Below the pieces are notes generated by a model. The model was not told the origin of the DNA, made no database searches, and worked only from the letters and a program-made list of their open reading frames with translations. The position numbers were made by a program, and so were the translations under genes. DNA of 64,000 nt from Schizochytrium sp. TIO01 (Eukaryota > Protista > Bigyra: Labyrinthulomycetes), in assembly GCA_004764695.1 (NCBI GenBank), contig SMSO01000031.1:8352761-8416760 (forward strand). The letters are read 5' to 3'. Shown here piece by piece: positions 63,301 to 64,000 of this stretch. Position 1 is the first letter of the stretch. Each line of letters begins with the position of its first letter.

Positions 63301-64000
63301 AGGATGGGTTTGCGCGGCCTACTGGGCTACCGAGATTCACCGCCAGCTTGCACATTGGCTCTGTGAAAGCTACCGTGTTATCCTTGTGTCTAAACTTGAA
63401 AATTCAACAGGTTAAGACAAGATGGATCAAAACCAGGACAGCTCGAACGAGGCGTCGGTGGCTTCTTCTGCCAAGCGCTCATTCTCAAAGACGGACGATC
63501 ATTCCTCCTGCCAGTGGTGCAAGCTGGTTATCTGCCGAGAGGATTGCGTTTCAAAGCCATGCAATGAATCTGGTACCATCCACGGCAACCTCGGAACATC
63601 CAAGGTTTTCAAATGCCTCAAATGCAAACACATCGTGCTATCCACGGTGCCAGAGGCATGCTGTTGCGTTGCCTACCTATCCAAGGCCATGCCTTGAGAA
63701 TCGAATTGGGTCTAACCCGCGATGGGGCCTAGACCCCGCTTTGTCACCATAGGAAATGCAAGTTTTGCAATTTTAGAGGTGCCCTTGAAGCGATGCTTTC
63801 GCCACATCGCTGTCCGCATTGCCACTCAGAACGTAGTACCTATCTACTGCCCACTAAGAGTTTGGGTACTACGGACTGAAGCAGGGCGCCAGAACGTCTG
63901 GAACCGCAGCAGATTCACAATGACGAAGAGCAGCGTTGTTGGGGTTGTTGGCAGCATTGTAAACGGCCTGTCGTGAAACGTGATGGTGCTGCAGTGGTCT

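Noticed and set aside
63422-63697. 91-aa Cys-rich ORF (CQWC..CLKC)
   Set aside because: No recognisable Zn-finger spacing, competing overlapping frames, close to the window edge

Overview
Eukaryotic chromosome-end region; the 18S sequence, TTAGG telomeres and subtelomeric rDNA point to a thraustochytrid such as Aurantiochytrium. Two chromosome ends are joined telomere-to-telomere across a single N at 1032, probably an assembly join. The right arm runs inward through the telomere, then ~366-, ~531- and ~413-bp satellite arrays (the LORE-TEARS-type spacer known from A. limacinum), then one 28S-5.8S-18S rDNA unit transcribed toward the telomere. Best observation: the ~366-bp satellite carries two unrelated miniature non-autonomous Copia-type LTR retrotransposons (TRIMs, 364 and 635 bp). 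Each has paired LTRs, a half-tRNA primer-binding site (tRNA-Lys(CUU) or tRNA-iMet, same register), a PPT and tRNA-like Pol III boxes. One copy of each family sits at the same satellite position with the same AGTAA 5-bp duplication. Inward of the rDNA lies an immune-like cluster: a 15-exon LRR gene with one repeat per 84-bp exon (not visible in the ORF track), a divergent LRR-kinase-RING gene with two in-frame stops, and an intronless TIR-NACHT-WD40 gene. Also present: a bacterial-type esterase, tRNA-Gly, a Cache-domain class C GPCR, NDUFA12, a DAG-lipase-like gene and an OTU-PUB deubiquitinase. All calls are by eye; no searches were run.
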